Below are positions 9,227 through 19,502 of a stretch of 64,000 bases of DNA, one piece after another. Both the position numbers and the translations under genes were made by a program. The stretch comes from Candidatus Fermentibacteraceae bacterium (GTDB lineage Bacteria > Fermentibacterota > Fermentibacteria > Fermentibacterales > JCC-6): assembly GCA_041750285.1 (NCBI GenBank), contig JBGSZS010000011.1, positions 86,981 to 150,980 of the forward strand. Direction: 5' to 3'. The notes under the pieces were generated by a model. The model ran no database searches and was not told the origin of the DNA. It saw nothing but the letters and a program-made list of their open reading frames with translations. Numbering within the stretch: position 1 is the first letter of the stretch; each line of letters begins with the position of its first letter.

Positions 9227-12200
9227 GCCTTCCCGGACTCGCCGTCAGGAGGAAGACCGCGTTCACGATGCTTTTCCTGCTCATGGCAGGGGCGGGTGTG
9301 TTCGGATTCCTCCAGATGGGCCTCGATTTCTTCCCACCCGTCGACACGGGGTCCATCGTGATCGTAACGATCCTGCCGGGAGCGGGACCGGAGGAGATCG
9401 AAACCCTTGTCACGGACATTATCGAGGGGGCGGTGAGCGGGGTGGAATCGGTATCCACCGTGGAGTCCGAAAGCAGCGCCTCCGTCAGCGGGATAACCGT
9501 GGAGCTTTCCCTGGGAGCCGACATCGAAGCGGCCGAGGAGGATATCCGCAAAGCAGTCGATTCGGTTCGCGACGACCTTCCCGATAATGCCCGCGAACCC
9601 CTGATCATGGCCCTTGAATCGAGTTACAAACCTCTTGTGATAGTTGGTTTCGAGAGTTCCACACTTCCAAGCCACGAACTGAGGCGGGTGGTGGAAGAAG
9701 AGATCGTCCCCGTGCTGGGCAGGGTCGAGGGCATATCCGGAACGACGGTCAGCGGAGGTGAGGAGAGGATCGTGAGGGTCGGGGCCGATCCGGTGCTTCT
9801 CTGGAGAAGGGGGCTCACCATCTCCGCCGTCTACGGCGCCCTTTCCGCCGTCCAGTCCGATCAGCCCGGCGGAATGCTCGAGTCAGCGGAGCTTGAGACA
9901 TCCATGAGCATGAAGACGGGTTTCAGAAACCTCAACCAGATAAACGAACTGGTCGTCGGGGAGTACGGTGGTACCCCCGTGCGGATCCGGGATGTGGCCG
10001 ACGTTGCTTCCGGCCACCGCGAGCAGGTGAACAGGGTCAGGCTTGATGGCAGCAACACCGTTGTCGTCGTGTTCAGGAAGAGTGCCGACGCAAACACGGT
10101 GGAGACTTGCAGAGCCCTTGATGAGGAACTCTCGAGGATCGGGGCCATCTACTCCCACATGCTTTCCCCCAGCGTTGTCTACACGCAGGAAAGCTTCATT
10201 GCCGACTCGGTGGAAAGCCTGACCTGGACCGCCCTGCAGGCGATACTCCTGGCAGCGGCAGTACTCGTCCTGTTCCTCGGTTCCTTCGCGAACGCCGGGA
10301 TAGTGAGCATCTCCATGCCCGTCTCCTTCATTGCGACCTTCGCGGCCATGAGGCTCGCCGGAGTGAACCTCAACATCCTGTCCCTGGCGGGGCTGAGCAT
10401 TTCCATCGGAATGATCGTAGACAACTCCGTGGTGGTTCTGGAGAACGTGCACAGGCTCGCAGCAGGCGGGGCCGACCGGATCACCTCCGCCGACAGGGGA
10501 GCCTCTGAGGTGGGTCTGGCCGTTACCGCATCGGCACTCACCACGGTGGCCGTCTTCATTCCGATGCTGTTCGTGAAGGGGATGACGGGACAGATCTTCC
10601 GTGACCTCAGCATTACGATCGCAGCAGCGATCCTCATCAGCCTTTTCGTCAGCCAGACCCTCATTCCAATGCTTGCTTCGCTGCCGAAGAGCGTGGTAAG
10701 ACACCACAGGCGCGGATCCCTCCTCGCCTGGTTCGTTGAAAGGGTCGACGGCCTCGAGCTGTTCTACGCGCGCGTCCTTTCCTGGTGCCTTGACAGGAAA
10801 GCCCTTCTTCTGTGGCTTCTCCTGGCCCTGGTGCTGGGAACCGGCGCCCTTCTGCCCCTCATACCCACGGCTTTCCTGCCCGAGCTCAAGGAGGGGGTGG
10901 TCGAGATCAACGCCACCCTTCCCCAGGGCACAAGCCTCGCCTTCGCTGACAGCGTTGCGGCCGCGCTGGAAGATTCACTGCTGGCAACGGTGCATCCCGG
11001 AGACCTGAGACACAGCTGGCTTCAGACCGGACGAAGCGAGGGGGTGGGTGCTATCTTCGGTTCGGACGCATCCTGCAGGATAAGCATATCGCTTTACTTT
11101 CAGGATGAGTCGCAGATGACGGGATCCATAAGCGATTACGAATCGGGCTTCAGGAACGTGCTGGACGCGGTACCGGGGCTGACTTACACCGTTGAGACCG
11201 GTCTGCCCATTGGCAACAGCTTCCCGATCCAGATCGCACTCTACGGCAACGACCTGGCCGGGCTAAGGGATGCGGGGGAGAGGCTCAAACGAGCTCTGAC
11301 GGGCATTGAGGGAACGGTCGACCACCGTTCATCCCTGGATGAGTGGGTTCCCCAGATCGATTTCATTCCCGATCCTGCCGTCATGTCGCTTCGTGGAGCA
11401 TCTCCGGCGGCAGTCGCGGTCGAGGTGAGCATTGGCATGCTGGGGGTGGACGCCTCAGTGCTCACCGACAACGGCCGCCAGGTGCCGGTGAACCTTCAGT
11501 ACCGTGAGGAGTTCCGCTCAACCCCGGAGGCGGTGGCCGCCCTTCCGGTGTTCGGCGCGCCCCTCGATTCCTGGGGAAGGCTGGAGAGGTTGCAGGTTCC
11601 CCGTGGAATAAACCGCAGGGACCGGTCAAGATGTGTCCTTGTATCGTGCGGTGTGCGGGGGAGGCCGCTCGGAGGGATGGAATCGGAGATCGATGAAGTG
11701 ATGGACACGCTGGACCTGGGCGGAATGCGCTGGGAACTCCTTGGTGACATACCGGACCAGAGGGAGGCTTTCGGTGCCATGCAGCTTGCGATCATAGTGG
11801 CCGTTCTGCTCGTGTACATGGTCATGGCGGCCCAGTTCGAGTCCCTCCTCGAACCGTTCATCCTCATTCTGGAGATCCCCATGGCAATGGCGGGTGTCGT
11901 TCTGGTTCACCTGCTGACCGGAACCACCCTGGGGCTTACCTCACTCGTGGGCATACTCATGCTTGCGGGAATAGTGGTGAACAACGGGATCGTCCTTGTC
12001 GACTTCGCCAACAGGAAAAGGGCATCCGGGGGAGGAACGGCCGAGGAGGCAGTGATCCTTGCGGGCCGCACGAGGCTGAGGCCGATCCTGATGACCGCGG
12101 CCACTACCATCCTTGCCCTTCTCCCCCTGGCACTCGGGGGTTCGCCCAGCGCCGATGTCTGGGCGCCGATGGCAAGAACCGTCGCCGGGGGCATGCTTCT

Positions 12201-12285
12201 CGCCACCCCGTTGACCCTTCTGATCGTGCCGGTGCTTTACACCAGGATCGACGGCATTCGAAGGAAGGGCGGCAGAAAGCCATGA
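9223..12285 (+). CDS. RND efflux permease (AcrB/AcrD/AcrF family)
   Basis: 1020 aa; GMIVDNSVVVLEN, GIVVNNGIVLVD, RLRPILMT. Confidence 0.95.
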   Translation: MSLPGLAVRRKTAFTMLFLLMAGAGVFGFLQMGLDFFPPVDTGSIVIVTILPGAGPEEIETLVTDIIEGAVSGVESVSTVESESSASVSGITVELSLGADIEAAEEDIRKAVDSVRDDLPDNAREPLIMALESSYKPLVIVGFESSTLPSHELRRVVEEEIVPVLGRVEGISGTTVSGGEERIVRVGADPVLLWRRGLTISAVYGALSAVQSDQPGGMLESAELETSMSMKTGFRNLNQINELVVGEYGGTPVRIRDVADVASGHREQVNRVRLDGSNTVVVVFRKSADANTVETCRALDEELSRIGAIYSHMLSPSVVYTQESFIADSVESLTWTALQAILLAAAVLVLFLGSFANAGIVSISMPVSFIATFAAMRLAGVNLNILSLAGLSISIGMIVDNSVVVLENVHRLAAGGADRITSADRGASEVGLAVTASALTTVAVFIPMLFVKGMTGQIFRDLSITIAAAILISLFVSQTLIPMLASLPKSVVRHHRRGSLLAWFVERVDGLELFYARVLSWCLDRKALLLWLLLALVLGTGALLPLIPTAFLPELKEGVVEINATLPQGTSLAFADSVAAALEDSLLATVHPGDLRHSWLQTGRSEGVGAIFGSDASCRISISLYFQDESQMTGSISDYESGFRNVLDAVPGLTYTVETGLPIGNSFPIQIALYGNDLAGLRDAGERLKRALTGIEGTVDHRSSLDEWVPQIDFIPDPAVMSLRGASPAAVAVEVSIGMLGVDASVLTDNGRQVPVNLQYREEFRSTPEAVAALPVFGAPLDSWGRLERLQVPRGINRRDRSRCVLVSCGVRGRPLGGMESEIDEVMDTLDLGGMRWELLGDIPDQREAFGAMQLAIIVAVLLVYMVMAAQFESLLEPFILILEIPMAMAGVVLVHLLTGTTLGLTSLVGILMLAGIVVNNGIVLVDFANRKRASGGGTAEEAVILAGRTRLRPILMTAATTILALLPLALGGSPSADVWAPMARTVAGGMLLATPLTLLIVPVLYTRIDGIRRKGGRKP

Positions 12286-13343
12286 GAAACACGGCCGCTG
12301 CAGTACTCTCGATCGCTTTCCTTTCGGGGTGCTCCCCGGGCGGGACCGCTTCCCCGGGTCCGGTGGAAGTGGAAACACTTTCAGTCTCTCCTTCGGAGAT
12401 CAGACTGACTGTCGAGTTCAGTGCCCGGTTGGAACCGGGCTCAGAGGCTTTTCTCGTGTCTCCGGGTGGATTGATCCGGTCGATAACCGTAAGCGAGGGG
12501 GATTCGGTGGAGACCGGAGAGGTCGTGGCGGTGCTGAGCGGCGACGCGGCTCTCTCGGGGGCCGCAGCCGCAGCAGGGGCAGAGCTGCATGCCGCTCTTG
12601 CCCGGGCGGAGAGCGCGGCGAACGATGCTGCCCGCATCAGTGAACTTCACGAAGCGGGTGCGGTGAGTGATAACGCTCTTCTTGGCGCCCTTGCCGCCTC
12701 GGCTGCCGCAGAAGCCGCCGTTGATGCCGCCAGACACGCTAGTGCCGCGGCAGTCGCGGGGGAGAGGACGGGCATTCTGAGGGCTCCGTTCGATGGCATC
12801 GTTGGATCGGTCAGGGGAAGGGGAGGCATGCTTTCATCGCCCGGGGACATCGTCGCTTCAGTTATCGGCGGAGGCCTCATGGCAAGGCTTCTGGTTCCCG
12901 AACGCCACCTTCTGGAGATCCGTCCGGGGCTGACCTGCGAATTCCATCCCGGTGTGGGGGAATACCCTCCCCTTGAGGGTGTCGTTGAGACCGTGGCGCA
13001 TTCCGTGGATCCGATAACGGGTCTCGTGCCGGTCACACTGTGCTTTTCGGGAGAAGGGGACACCCTGGTCCGTCCGGGCGTAAGCGGTGTTGTATCCATC
13101 GAACTGGTCCGGGTCCGGGAAGCAGTGGTTATCCCGGCGGACGCCGTTATCATCGCGGGAGGAACGATGCAGGTTCCCGTTCTGCTGGAGGAGGGGACCG
13201 TGGACTTCAGGGATGTGCAGGTCGGCATCCAGTCCGGTGATTCCATCGAGGTGAAAGGCGGCCTGGAGTTCGGTGAGGAGGTCGTAGTCGGATCATCAGC
13301 GCCCCTGGTTCGCGGCATCGGCGCAGTCAGGGTCGGACCCTGA
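12282..13343 (+). CDS. Second RND periplasmic adaptor (MFP), lipoprotein
   Basis: Lipobox LSGC; VSEGDSV, LRAPFDGIV, VDPITG. Confidence 0.9.
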   Translation: MRNTAAAVLSIAFLSGCSPGGTASPGPVEVETLSVSPSEIRLTVEFSARLEPGSEAFLVSPGGLIRSITVSEGDSVETGEVVAVLSGDAALSGAAAAAGAELHAALARAESAANDAARISELHEAGAVSDNALLGALAASAAAEAAVDAARHASAAAVAGERTGILRAPFDGIVGSVRGRGGMLSSPGDIVASVIGGGLMARLLVPERHLLEIRPGLTCEFHPGVGEYPPLEGVVETVAHSVDPITGLVPVTLCFSGEGDTLVRPGVSGVVSIELVRVREAVVIPADAVIIAGGTMQVPVLLEEGTVDFRDVQVGIQSGDSIEVKGGLEFGEEVVVGSSAPLVRGIGAVRVGP

Positions 13344-13388
13344 TCCATCCCGCCCTTCAGTGTGCATATTAGGCCCATTGGAATGGAG

Positions 13389-14240
13389 ATGCCGGTGCGG
13401 ATCATCCAGGTTTTAACAGCGGCCATTCTGCTTGTGGCCTGTTCCCGCGGCGAGATGGCCGACCCACTCGAAGACGCCTTTCTGAAAGCCGCGGACGCAT
13501 ACGCACGGGGCGACCTTGAAGGGTCGGAATCATGGCTTCGCTCAGTGCTCGCCGCCGATTCGGCAAACACTGATGCCTGGCACAACCTTTCAGTGGTCCT
13601 GCTGGAACAGGGAAGGTACGGAGAGGCTGCGGCCGCCGCCGGCAGGGTGCTGGAGCTGCAGCCTCGAAGAAGGGGGACCCGGGCCCTTCTCTGCGGAGCC
13701 CTGCTCGGAATGGGGAATGTTGGCGGCGCGATCACGGCGGGTGAACTTGCCGTGTCGACCGATCCATCCGACGCATCCGCCTTCAACAATCTGGGACGCG
13801 CCTACCTCGAGGCGGGAAGACTGCCCGACGCCGCAGGATGCTTCATCACGGCCATACGAAGGGCTCCCTCCGACCCTTCACCCCATTACAATCTGGCCTG
13901 CATGCACATAATGGCCGGCGAGCCGGAATTGGCCCTTCCCCTCCTTCAGCAGACGGTTTCGCTTGCACCGGCGTATCCCGGAGCAAGAACCCAGCTTGCC
14001 GTTGTTTACGGAATGCTCGAGTCCTACGAGGAGGCTGGATACGAGGCCGGGATGGCTCTGGCCATGAATCCCCGCGACCTGATGGCGATGAACTGCCTTG
14101 CCCTGTCCCGCCAAAACCTCGGGATGAACGATCAGGCCGTTTCGATCTACAAGGAAATGCTCCCTCTGGTAGCCGATTCCCTCGCAAGGGAGCAACTTCT
14201 GTCAAGGATGGAGATGCTGGCCGGTGAAAACGAACGGTAG
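13389..14240 (+). CDS. TPR-repeat lipoprotein
   Basis: Lipobox LVAC; repeated AWHNL, AFNNLG and HYNLA TPR motifs; start approximate. Confidence 0.85.
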   Translation: MPVRIIQVLTAAILLVACSRGEMADPLEDAFLKAADAYARGDLEGSESWLRSVLAADSANTDAWHNLSVVLLEQGRYGEAAAAAGRVLELQPRRRGTRALLCGALLGMGNVGGAITAGELAVSTDPSDASAFNNLGRAYLEAGRLPDAAGCFITAIRRAPSDPSPHYNLACMHIMAGEPELALPLLQQTVSLAPAYPGARTQLAVVYGMLESYEEAGYEAGMALAMNPRDLMAMNCLALSRQNLGMNDQAVSIYKEMLPLVADSLAREQLLSRMEMLAGENER

Positions 14241-14862
14241 TGGCGTGAACCTGAGGCAAGTGGTTCTCGGACCGATAGAGACCAACTGCTGGATCGCCGC
14301 ATGCCCCGAAACCGGTCTGGCCATCGTGGTGGATCCGGGCGGGGGCACTGCCTCCCTCGGCCCGCTCATGGCCGCCATGGGCGTCACTGAGCTCAACGCC
14401 GTGATCAACACCCACGGCCATTTCGATCATGTCTGGGGCAACGGAGAGCTTGGGGTTCCCACAATGATCCACAGGCTCGATGCCTCAATGCTTTCACACG
14501 CCCGTGAGGCCGCTGCTTCGTACGGATTCCAGATACCCGCCCCTCCAGCCCCTTCACGGCTTCTGGATGACACCGATGAGATCAGGGTGGGAAACCTCCG
14601 TTTCACGGTCATTCACACTCCCGGTCATTCTCCGGGAAGCATCTGCCTTCTCGGACATGGGCTTCTCTTTTCGGGGGACACCATCTTCCAGGGTTCGATA
14701 GGAAGGACGGACCTTCCGGGCGGTGATTTCCGGGAGATCTCCCGGTCCATAAGGGAAAGGATCATGCCACTCCCTGAAACACTGAGGGTCCTTCCCGGTC
14801 ACGGACCCGAAACCACCCTGAAAAGGGAGACGGCCACGAATCCCTTCTTCCCCCGGACTTGA
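14224..14862 (+). CDS. MBL-fold metallo-hydrolase (glyoxalase II-like)
   Basis: THGHFDH, HTPGHSPG, SGDT, GRTDLPGG, PGHGPET. Confidence 0.95.
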   Translation: MKTNGSGVNLRQVVLGPIETNCWIAACPETGLAIVVDPGGGTASLGPLMAAMGVTELNAVINTHGHFDHVWGNGELGVPTMIHRLDASMLSHAREAAASYGFQIPAPPAPSRLLDDTDEIRVGNLRFTVIHTPGHSPGSICLLGHGLLFSGDTIFQGSIGRTDLPGGDFREISRSIRERIMPLPETLRVLPGHGPETTLKRETATNPFFPRT

Positions 14863-16259
14863 AGCGCACCGCATCGCTGGACATGACCCGCGGCTCGGTG
14901 ACGGGCAGGCTCCTTCGCCTGGCCTGGCCGGTCATGGCGGCCCATCTGCTTCAGACCCTCTACAATCTGGCCGACGCCTTCTGGCTGGGGAAGCTGGGAA
15001 GACAGAGCCTCGTGGCGCCAACAATCTCCATGAACGTCGTCTTCATTGCCATGGCGCTGGCGATGGGTCTCGGATCCGCCGGAACCACCCTTGTCTCCCA
15101 GTACAGGGGTGCCGGACGCGATGATCTCGCCCGGAGGGCGGGAGGTCAGACCTTTCTCATCCTCTCCGTGATCGGGGTGATCCTGGGCATCATCGGCCTG
15201 CTTTTCGCCCCGGCGATACTGAGGCTTCTCAACACCCCCGCAGATTCCCTTGTCGAGACCCGGACATATCTGAACTGGATACTTGCCGGGCTTCCCCTGA
15301 TGTTTCCCTTCTTCGTCTACCAGGGCATAAGCACCGGACTTGGCAACACAATGGGCCCCCTTCAGGTAAGCCTTGTCACCGTGGTTCTGAACGCCGTCCT
15401 CGACCCCCTTCTCATCTTCGGGGCCGGTCCGGTCCCCGCCCTGGGTGTCACCGGCGCCGCGGCCGCAACGGTGTTCTGCCACTCCCTCGCTTCCGTGATA
15501 GGTACAGTGCGTCTGTTCAGGGGGCTTTCCGGCTTCAGGTTGAATGCGGCCAGCCTCAGACCGGAAGCTCAGACCATCTCAAGGCTCCTTTCCATCGGCC
15601 TTCCGACAAGCATCGGCCAGGCCGGGACCAGTCTGGGATTCACAGTGCTGCTCGGCATCGTGAATTCCTTCGGCAGTGCCGTGACAGCCGCCTTCGGAGT
15701 GGGGAACCGCATCATCCACCTCGCCCTCGTCCCAGCCATGGGCCTTTCCCAGGCGAATGCGGCCGCCGTCGGGCAGTGCCTCGGGGCCGGGCTTCCGGCA
15801 AGGGCCGCGAAGTCAACCTTCAGGGCTCTTCTTGTCATTGGTCTTCTGCTGCTTCCCATCACCGTACCGATGTTCTTCCTGGGTGGCGCCATATCGGGCC
15901 TGTTCGTAAACGACCCCGCTGTCATGGATGTCGGCAGGACCATGTTCCGCATCACCACTCCTTCCGTTTACGCCTTCGGTTTCGTCACGGTGCTCTTCGG
16001 CAGCTTCCAGGGGTCCGGCTTCACGCTTCCCGTAATGGTGCTGAACATGGCCAGGCTGTGGGTCCTGAGGATCCCGCTGGCGTACTTCCTTGCGTTTCAC
16101 AGTTCTTTGGGAAGGGACGGGCTCTGGTGGGCCATGTTCGTCTCGAACGTGCTTACGGCTGCCGCAGGGGGGGTCTGGTTCGCCACAGGGACGTGGAAGA
16201 GGAAGTCCTCCGAGATCCTGGGGGCTTCATCACTTGCGTCCGAGGGGGCTTTGGAATAA
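14859..16259 (+). CDS. MATE family efflux transporter
   Basis: LQTLYNLADAFWLG, NAVLDPLLIFG, ~12 TM segments. Confidence 0.95.
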   Translation: MKRTASLDMTRGSVTGRLLRLAWPVMAAHLLQTLYNLADAFWLGKLGRQSLVAPTISMNVVFIAMALAMGLGSAGTTLVSQYRGAGRDDLARRAGGQTFLILSVIGVILGIIGLLFAPAILRLLNTPADSLVETRTYLNWILAGLPLMFPFFVYQGISTGLGNTMGPLQVSLVTVVLNAVLDPLLIFGAGPVPALGVTGAAAATVFCHSLASVIGTVRLFRGLSGFRLNAASLRPEAQTISRLLSIGLPTSIGQAGTSLGFTVLLGIVNSFGSAVTAAFGVGNRIIHLALVPAMGLSQANAAAVGQCLGAGLPARAAKSTFRALLVIGLLLLPITVPMFFLGGAISGLFVNDPAVMDVGRTMFRITTPSVYAFGFVTVLFGSFQGSGFTLPVMVLNMARLWVLRIPLAYFLAFHSSLGRDGLWWAMFVSNVLTAAAGGVWFATGTWKRKSSEILGASSLASEGALE

Positions 16260-16350
16260 GGTTGACATGCATGGAAAGAGACCGGGACGGATGAAGCGGG
16301 CGGTTCGGAGCCCTGCCTGACATCAGGATCAGGAATGAGAGGAAGATAAA

Positions 16351-18591
16351 ATGACTGTTCTGCTGTTGGTTCTGGCCGCTCTGAGCGGTTTCAACGGAGA
16401 ATGGCATTCCCTTGGCGGGGAATACCGTGGACTTGCCGTGGCTACTCCGCGTGATTTCACTCCCGAAGGTCTTTCGATAGACCTTTCCGTTCCCGGCTTC
16501 GGAATGGTCCCTGAGAACGGATACACCAGGATCGAACTCCCCGGCTTCAACTGGGACACCGACCTTGCCCCGGGTTCACCCGAGCTTCCCGTGGTGCCCC
16601 TTGCCATAGGTATTCCCCCCGGTATGGAGGCGAGGGTGGCTTCAGTCGAGGCAACCTGGACCCCAGTCGGGTCTTTCAGCATCCACCCCGTTCAGCCCCT
16701 CGGATACGACAGCGATCCCCAACCACCTGCGTTCGTCGGGCTCTCAGGTGACCTCCAGGGAGTTCACCCCTCGGAAAACGCGGTTCTATCGGCTTCCCAG
16801 ACCCTTTTCGGGCTGAATACCGCGCGGCTGCTTCTGAACCCCTTCCGCTGGAACCCCGAAACAGGGCTTCTGGAGGCAGCAGCTTCCATGACAGTAAACA
16901 TCTCCTTCGACGGAAGCCAGGGCATTCAGACACCCCTCGTGCCGGAGAGGGCCAGGATGCTCGAAAGCCTCGTAATCAACTTCGACCTGATGGAGATTCC
17001 CCTGAACCCTGAACCCATCACGCAGGACGATGTTGTCTACATCGTGATAACGGTGGAGGAGAACCTTCCCGAGATCACCCCCCTGATTTCCATGGTGAAT
17101 CTCATGGGGCACCGGGTGGTCATCGAGGTGCTGCCTCTCAACTCGACTCCGGCAGTGATAAAGGCAGCCATCCAGGCGCACTTCCAGGACGGAACGACAA
17201 GGTTCGCGTTGATCGCGGCCACCCATCAGCAGCTGCCGTCGTTCAACTTCGGGCCGTTCTACGGCGACTACTACTACCAGACGCTCGACGGCGACAACCT
17301 GCCCGACATAGCCGTGGGCCGCTTTCCGGCAGGAGCCGGAAACCTGGCCAACATGATCGAAAAGTCCATGAGCTACTCCACCTTCACCGGCACCCCCGGG
17401 ATGCCGTCGATCCCCGCAACCGGAATGCTCTGCGCACACGAGGAGGAGTATCCCTCCAAGTACACGGCCAACAAGAACAACATCAAGAACTGGGACTACG
17501 CCATAATCGATCCCGTCTTCGACACTTTCTTCCCCCCCGAGGGAGCCACCCTGCAGCAGGTTCAGGAAAGGATCAATGCCGGTGTGGGCACCGTGAACTA
17601 CCGCGGACACGGTTCCATAACGACCTGGCAGTGGTCACCCGGCTGGAGCGCCGGATCCATTTACGCACTCACCAACACCTTTTTCCCGCCGGTGTTCAAC
17701 ATCGCGTGCGAGAACGGAACCCACGACAAGAACTACAACTGTCTCTGCGAGAGCTGGCTTTATGCGGTTGGCAAGGGTGCGAGCGGAACCTGCGGCGCGA
17801 GCGCTCCCTCCGCGACCGTCGTGAACCACAGGTTCGACAGGGTTCTGTACTGGCAGCTCTACGACGAAGGCAACACCTGCGCAGCTGAGACCCATGCCGC
17901 AGCCCAGGCCGACATAGTCACCCTCTACGGTGCGTCGGGACTGGAGAATGCCAGGATGTACCACTGGTTCGGCGATCCATCGATGGACATCTTCAACTGT
18001 GACGAAACCGGATCTCCTTTTCCCCTTTCACTGTCCTGTCCTTCCCATGCCTTTGAGGGTGAGAATACGGTAACCGTGACAGTAACCTCCCAGGGAGCGC
18101 CGGTATCCGGAGCTGTAGTGACGATCACAGACGGCATCGGCAATCACCCGGAACACCCCGAGACCTTCTACGTCCAGGCAACCACCGATGCCTCAGGGCA
18201 GGCTGAGTTGACTTTCAATGCGCAGGGCGGTTCGGAACTCATGGTCGGCGCCAGAAAGCACAATCTGACACCCGCCTTCGACACCATACAGACCTGGCCC
18301 CAGGGCATTCAGGGCTCCACACCCGACTCCGCCCTGCTCCTCCCTGCATCCCCCAACCCTTCGGCCTCCATCGTGCAGCTTGGAATGGACATTGCCGTTC
18401 CGGGTTTCTACAGCATTAGTGTGGTCGACCTGGCGGGCAGGATAGTCGAACCCGTTTCAAGCGGCGTCTTCGAAGCCGGACAGCACAGGTTCCAGCACTC
18501 GACTGAAGGGCTCGCACCCGGCCTTTACTTCGTGCTGCTTCAGGGAAACGGTTTCTCAGCGTCCACCCGGATGCTTGTCGTTGGCAGATGA
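16351..18591 (+). CDS. Gingipain-like peptidase C25 with propeptide and a T9SS-type-A-like C-terminal domain
   Basis: PGSPELP propeptide, PDIAVGRFP, catalytic NYRGHG and NIAC, FGDPSM; CTD SPNP...VVDLAGRIV...LAPGLYFV. Confidence 0.9.
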   Translation: MTVLLLVLAALSGFNGEWHSLGGEYRGLAVATPRDFTPEGLSIDLSVPGFGMVPENGYTRIELPGFNWDTDLAPGSPELPVVPLAIGIPPGMEARVASVEATWTPVGSFSIHPVQPLGYDSDPQPPAFVGLSGDLQGVHPSENAVLSASQTLFGLNTARLLLNPFRWNPETGLLEAAASMTVNISFDGSQGIQTPLVPERARMLESLVINFDLMEIPLNPEPITQDDVVYIVITVEENLPEITPLISMVNLMGHRVVIEVLPLNSTPAVIKAAIQAHFQDGTTRFALIAATHQQLPSFNFGPFYGDYYYQTLDGDNLPDIAVGRFPAGAGNLANMIEKSMSYSTFTGTPGMPSIPATGMLCAHEEEYPSKYTANKNNIKNWDYAIIDPVFDTFFPPEGATLQQVQERINAGVGTVNYRGHGSITTWQWSPGWSAGSIYALTNTFFPPVFNIACENGTHDKNYNCLCESWLYAVGKGASGTCGASAPSATVVNHRFDRVLYWQLYDEGNTCAAETHAAAQADIVTLYGASGLENARMYHWFGDPSMDIFNCDETGSPFPLSLSCPSHAFEGENTVTVTVTSQGAPVSGAVVTITDGIGNHPEHPETFYVQATTDASGQAELTFNAQGGSELMVGARKHNLTPAFDTIQTWPQGIQGSTPDSALLLPASPNPSASIVQLGMDIAVPGFYSISVVDLAGRIVEPVSSGVFEAGQHRFQHSTEGLAPGLYFVLLQGNGFSASTRMLVVGR

Positions 18592-19496
18592 AAAATCCGG
18601 CGCCGATCCTGCTTTTTGCATGCGCCTGCATGCAGGAACCCGGACCGGCGCCGCTGCACCCTTCATTCATCGCCGCTGAAAGGGCTCTGGGGCAGACACA
18701 CTCGCAGAACTGCGTTTTCACTTCCGACAACAGGTACGCAGTGGTGGGCGACGGCGGGTCGCTGCTGTTTCTCGAACTCGTTCACGGAAGGGTGCACGGC
18801 CTTGCCGTCCTCCCGTCACCAGTGCTTCATCTGACAACACAGCAGGGGCTTGGCGGTGTTCTTGCCATTACTGCCGATTCGCTCTACCTTGTCGTTCCGG
18901 GTTCATTCTCCGTAACGGAGCGCGCCTGGATCCCTTCCGGGGTCTCGGCCTGCGCCGTCTCGGGAAACAGGGTGTTCCTTGCCTTTGCCGACGGCGCTCT
19001 CCGTGGTTATGACCAGGAGACCCTGGCAGAAGTGGTTGCCCGCTCTGTCTCTCCCGCCGTTTCATGTCTGGCGGGTTCACAGGGATACCTCACTGCGGCA
19101 TCGGGTTCTCTTCTGTCATGCTATGAGCCTGAGCGGCTCGACCCCCTGGCGGAATACGGCGCATGGGGAGGGGTCTCACATCTCGCTTCAGCCGGAGATA
19201 ACAGGGTCTGTGCCTCCGTCGGGGGAGGCAACGAGGTCGCCCTCTTCTCGGTCCCCGGGCTCGAGCTTCAGGAGATGTTCACGGTTCCCGGAACCCCGCT
19301 GGTTTCCGCTGTCCAGGAGGAACGGGAGTACGCCTTCGCGTACACCGACCAGGGCATCCTGGTGGTCGTCGGCTCGGGAGGCGGATTGGAATGGAGGACG
19401 ACTGAGTTCGGCGAAGTGCTCGACATCGTCATCTCAAAGGACGGATGGAACGCCCTGCTGCTGTCGGAGAGTTCGATAACCATCCTTGAGAAGTAG
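18588..19496 (+). CDS. Putative lipoprotein with WD40/YVTN-like beta-propeller
   Basis: Short hydrophobic N-terminus with Cys; beta-strand repeats; ATGA overlap with the C25 gene. Confidence 0.6.
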   Translation: MKNPAPILLFACACMQEPGPAPLHPSFIAAERALGQTHSQNCVFTSDNRYAVVGDGGSLLFLELVHGRVHGLAVLPSPVLHLTTQQGLGGVLAITADSLYLVVPGSFSVTERAWIPSGVSACAVSGNRVFLAFADGALRGYDQETLAEVVARSVSPAVSCLAGSQGYLTAASGSLLSCYEPERLDPLAEYGAWGGVSHLASAGDNRVCASVGGGNEVALFSVPGLELQEMFTVPGTPLVSAVQEEREYAFAYTDQGILVVVGSGGGLEWRTTEFGEVLDIVISKDGWNALLLSESSITILEK

Positions 19497-19502
19497 AGGC
19501 GG

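Noticed and set aside
16262..16330. TTGACA and small hairpins upstream of the C25 peptidase as a promoter or riboswitch
   Set aside because: No acceptable -10 box at 16-18 bp and no recognisable aptamer.
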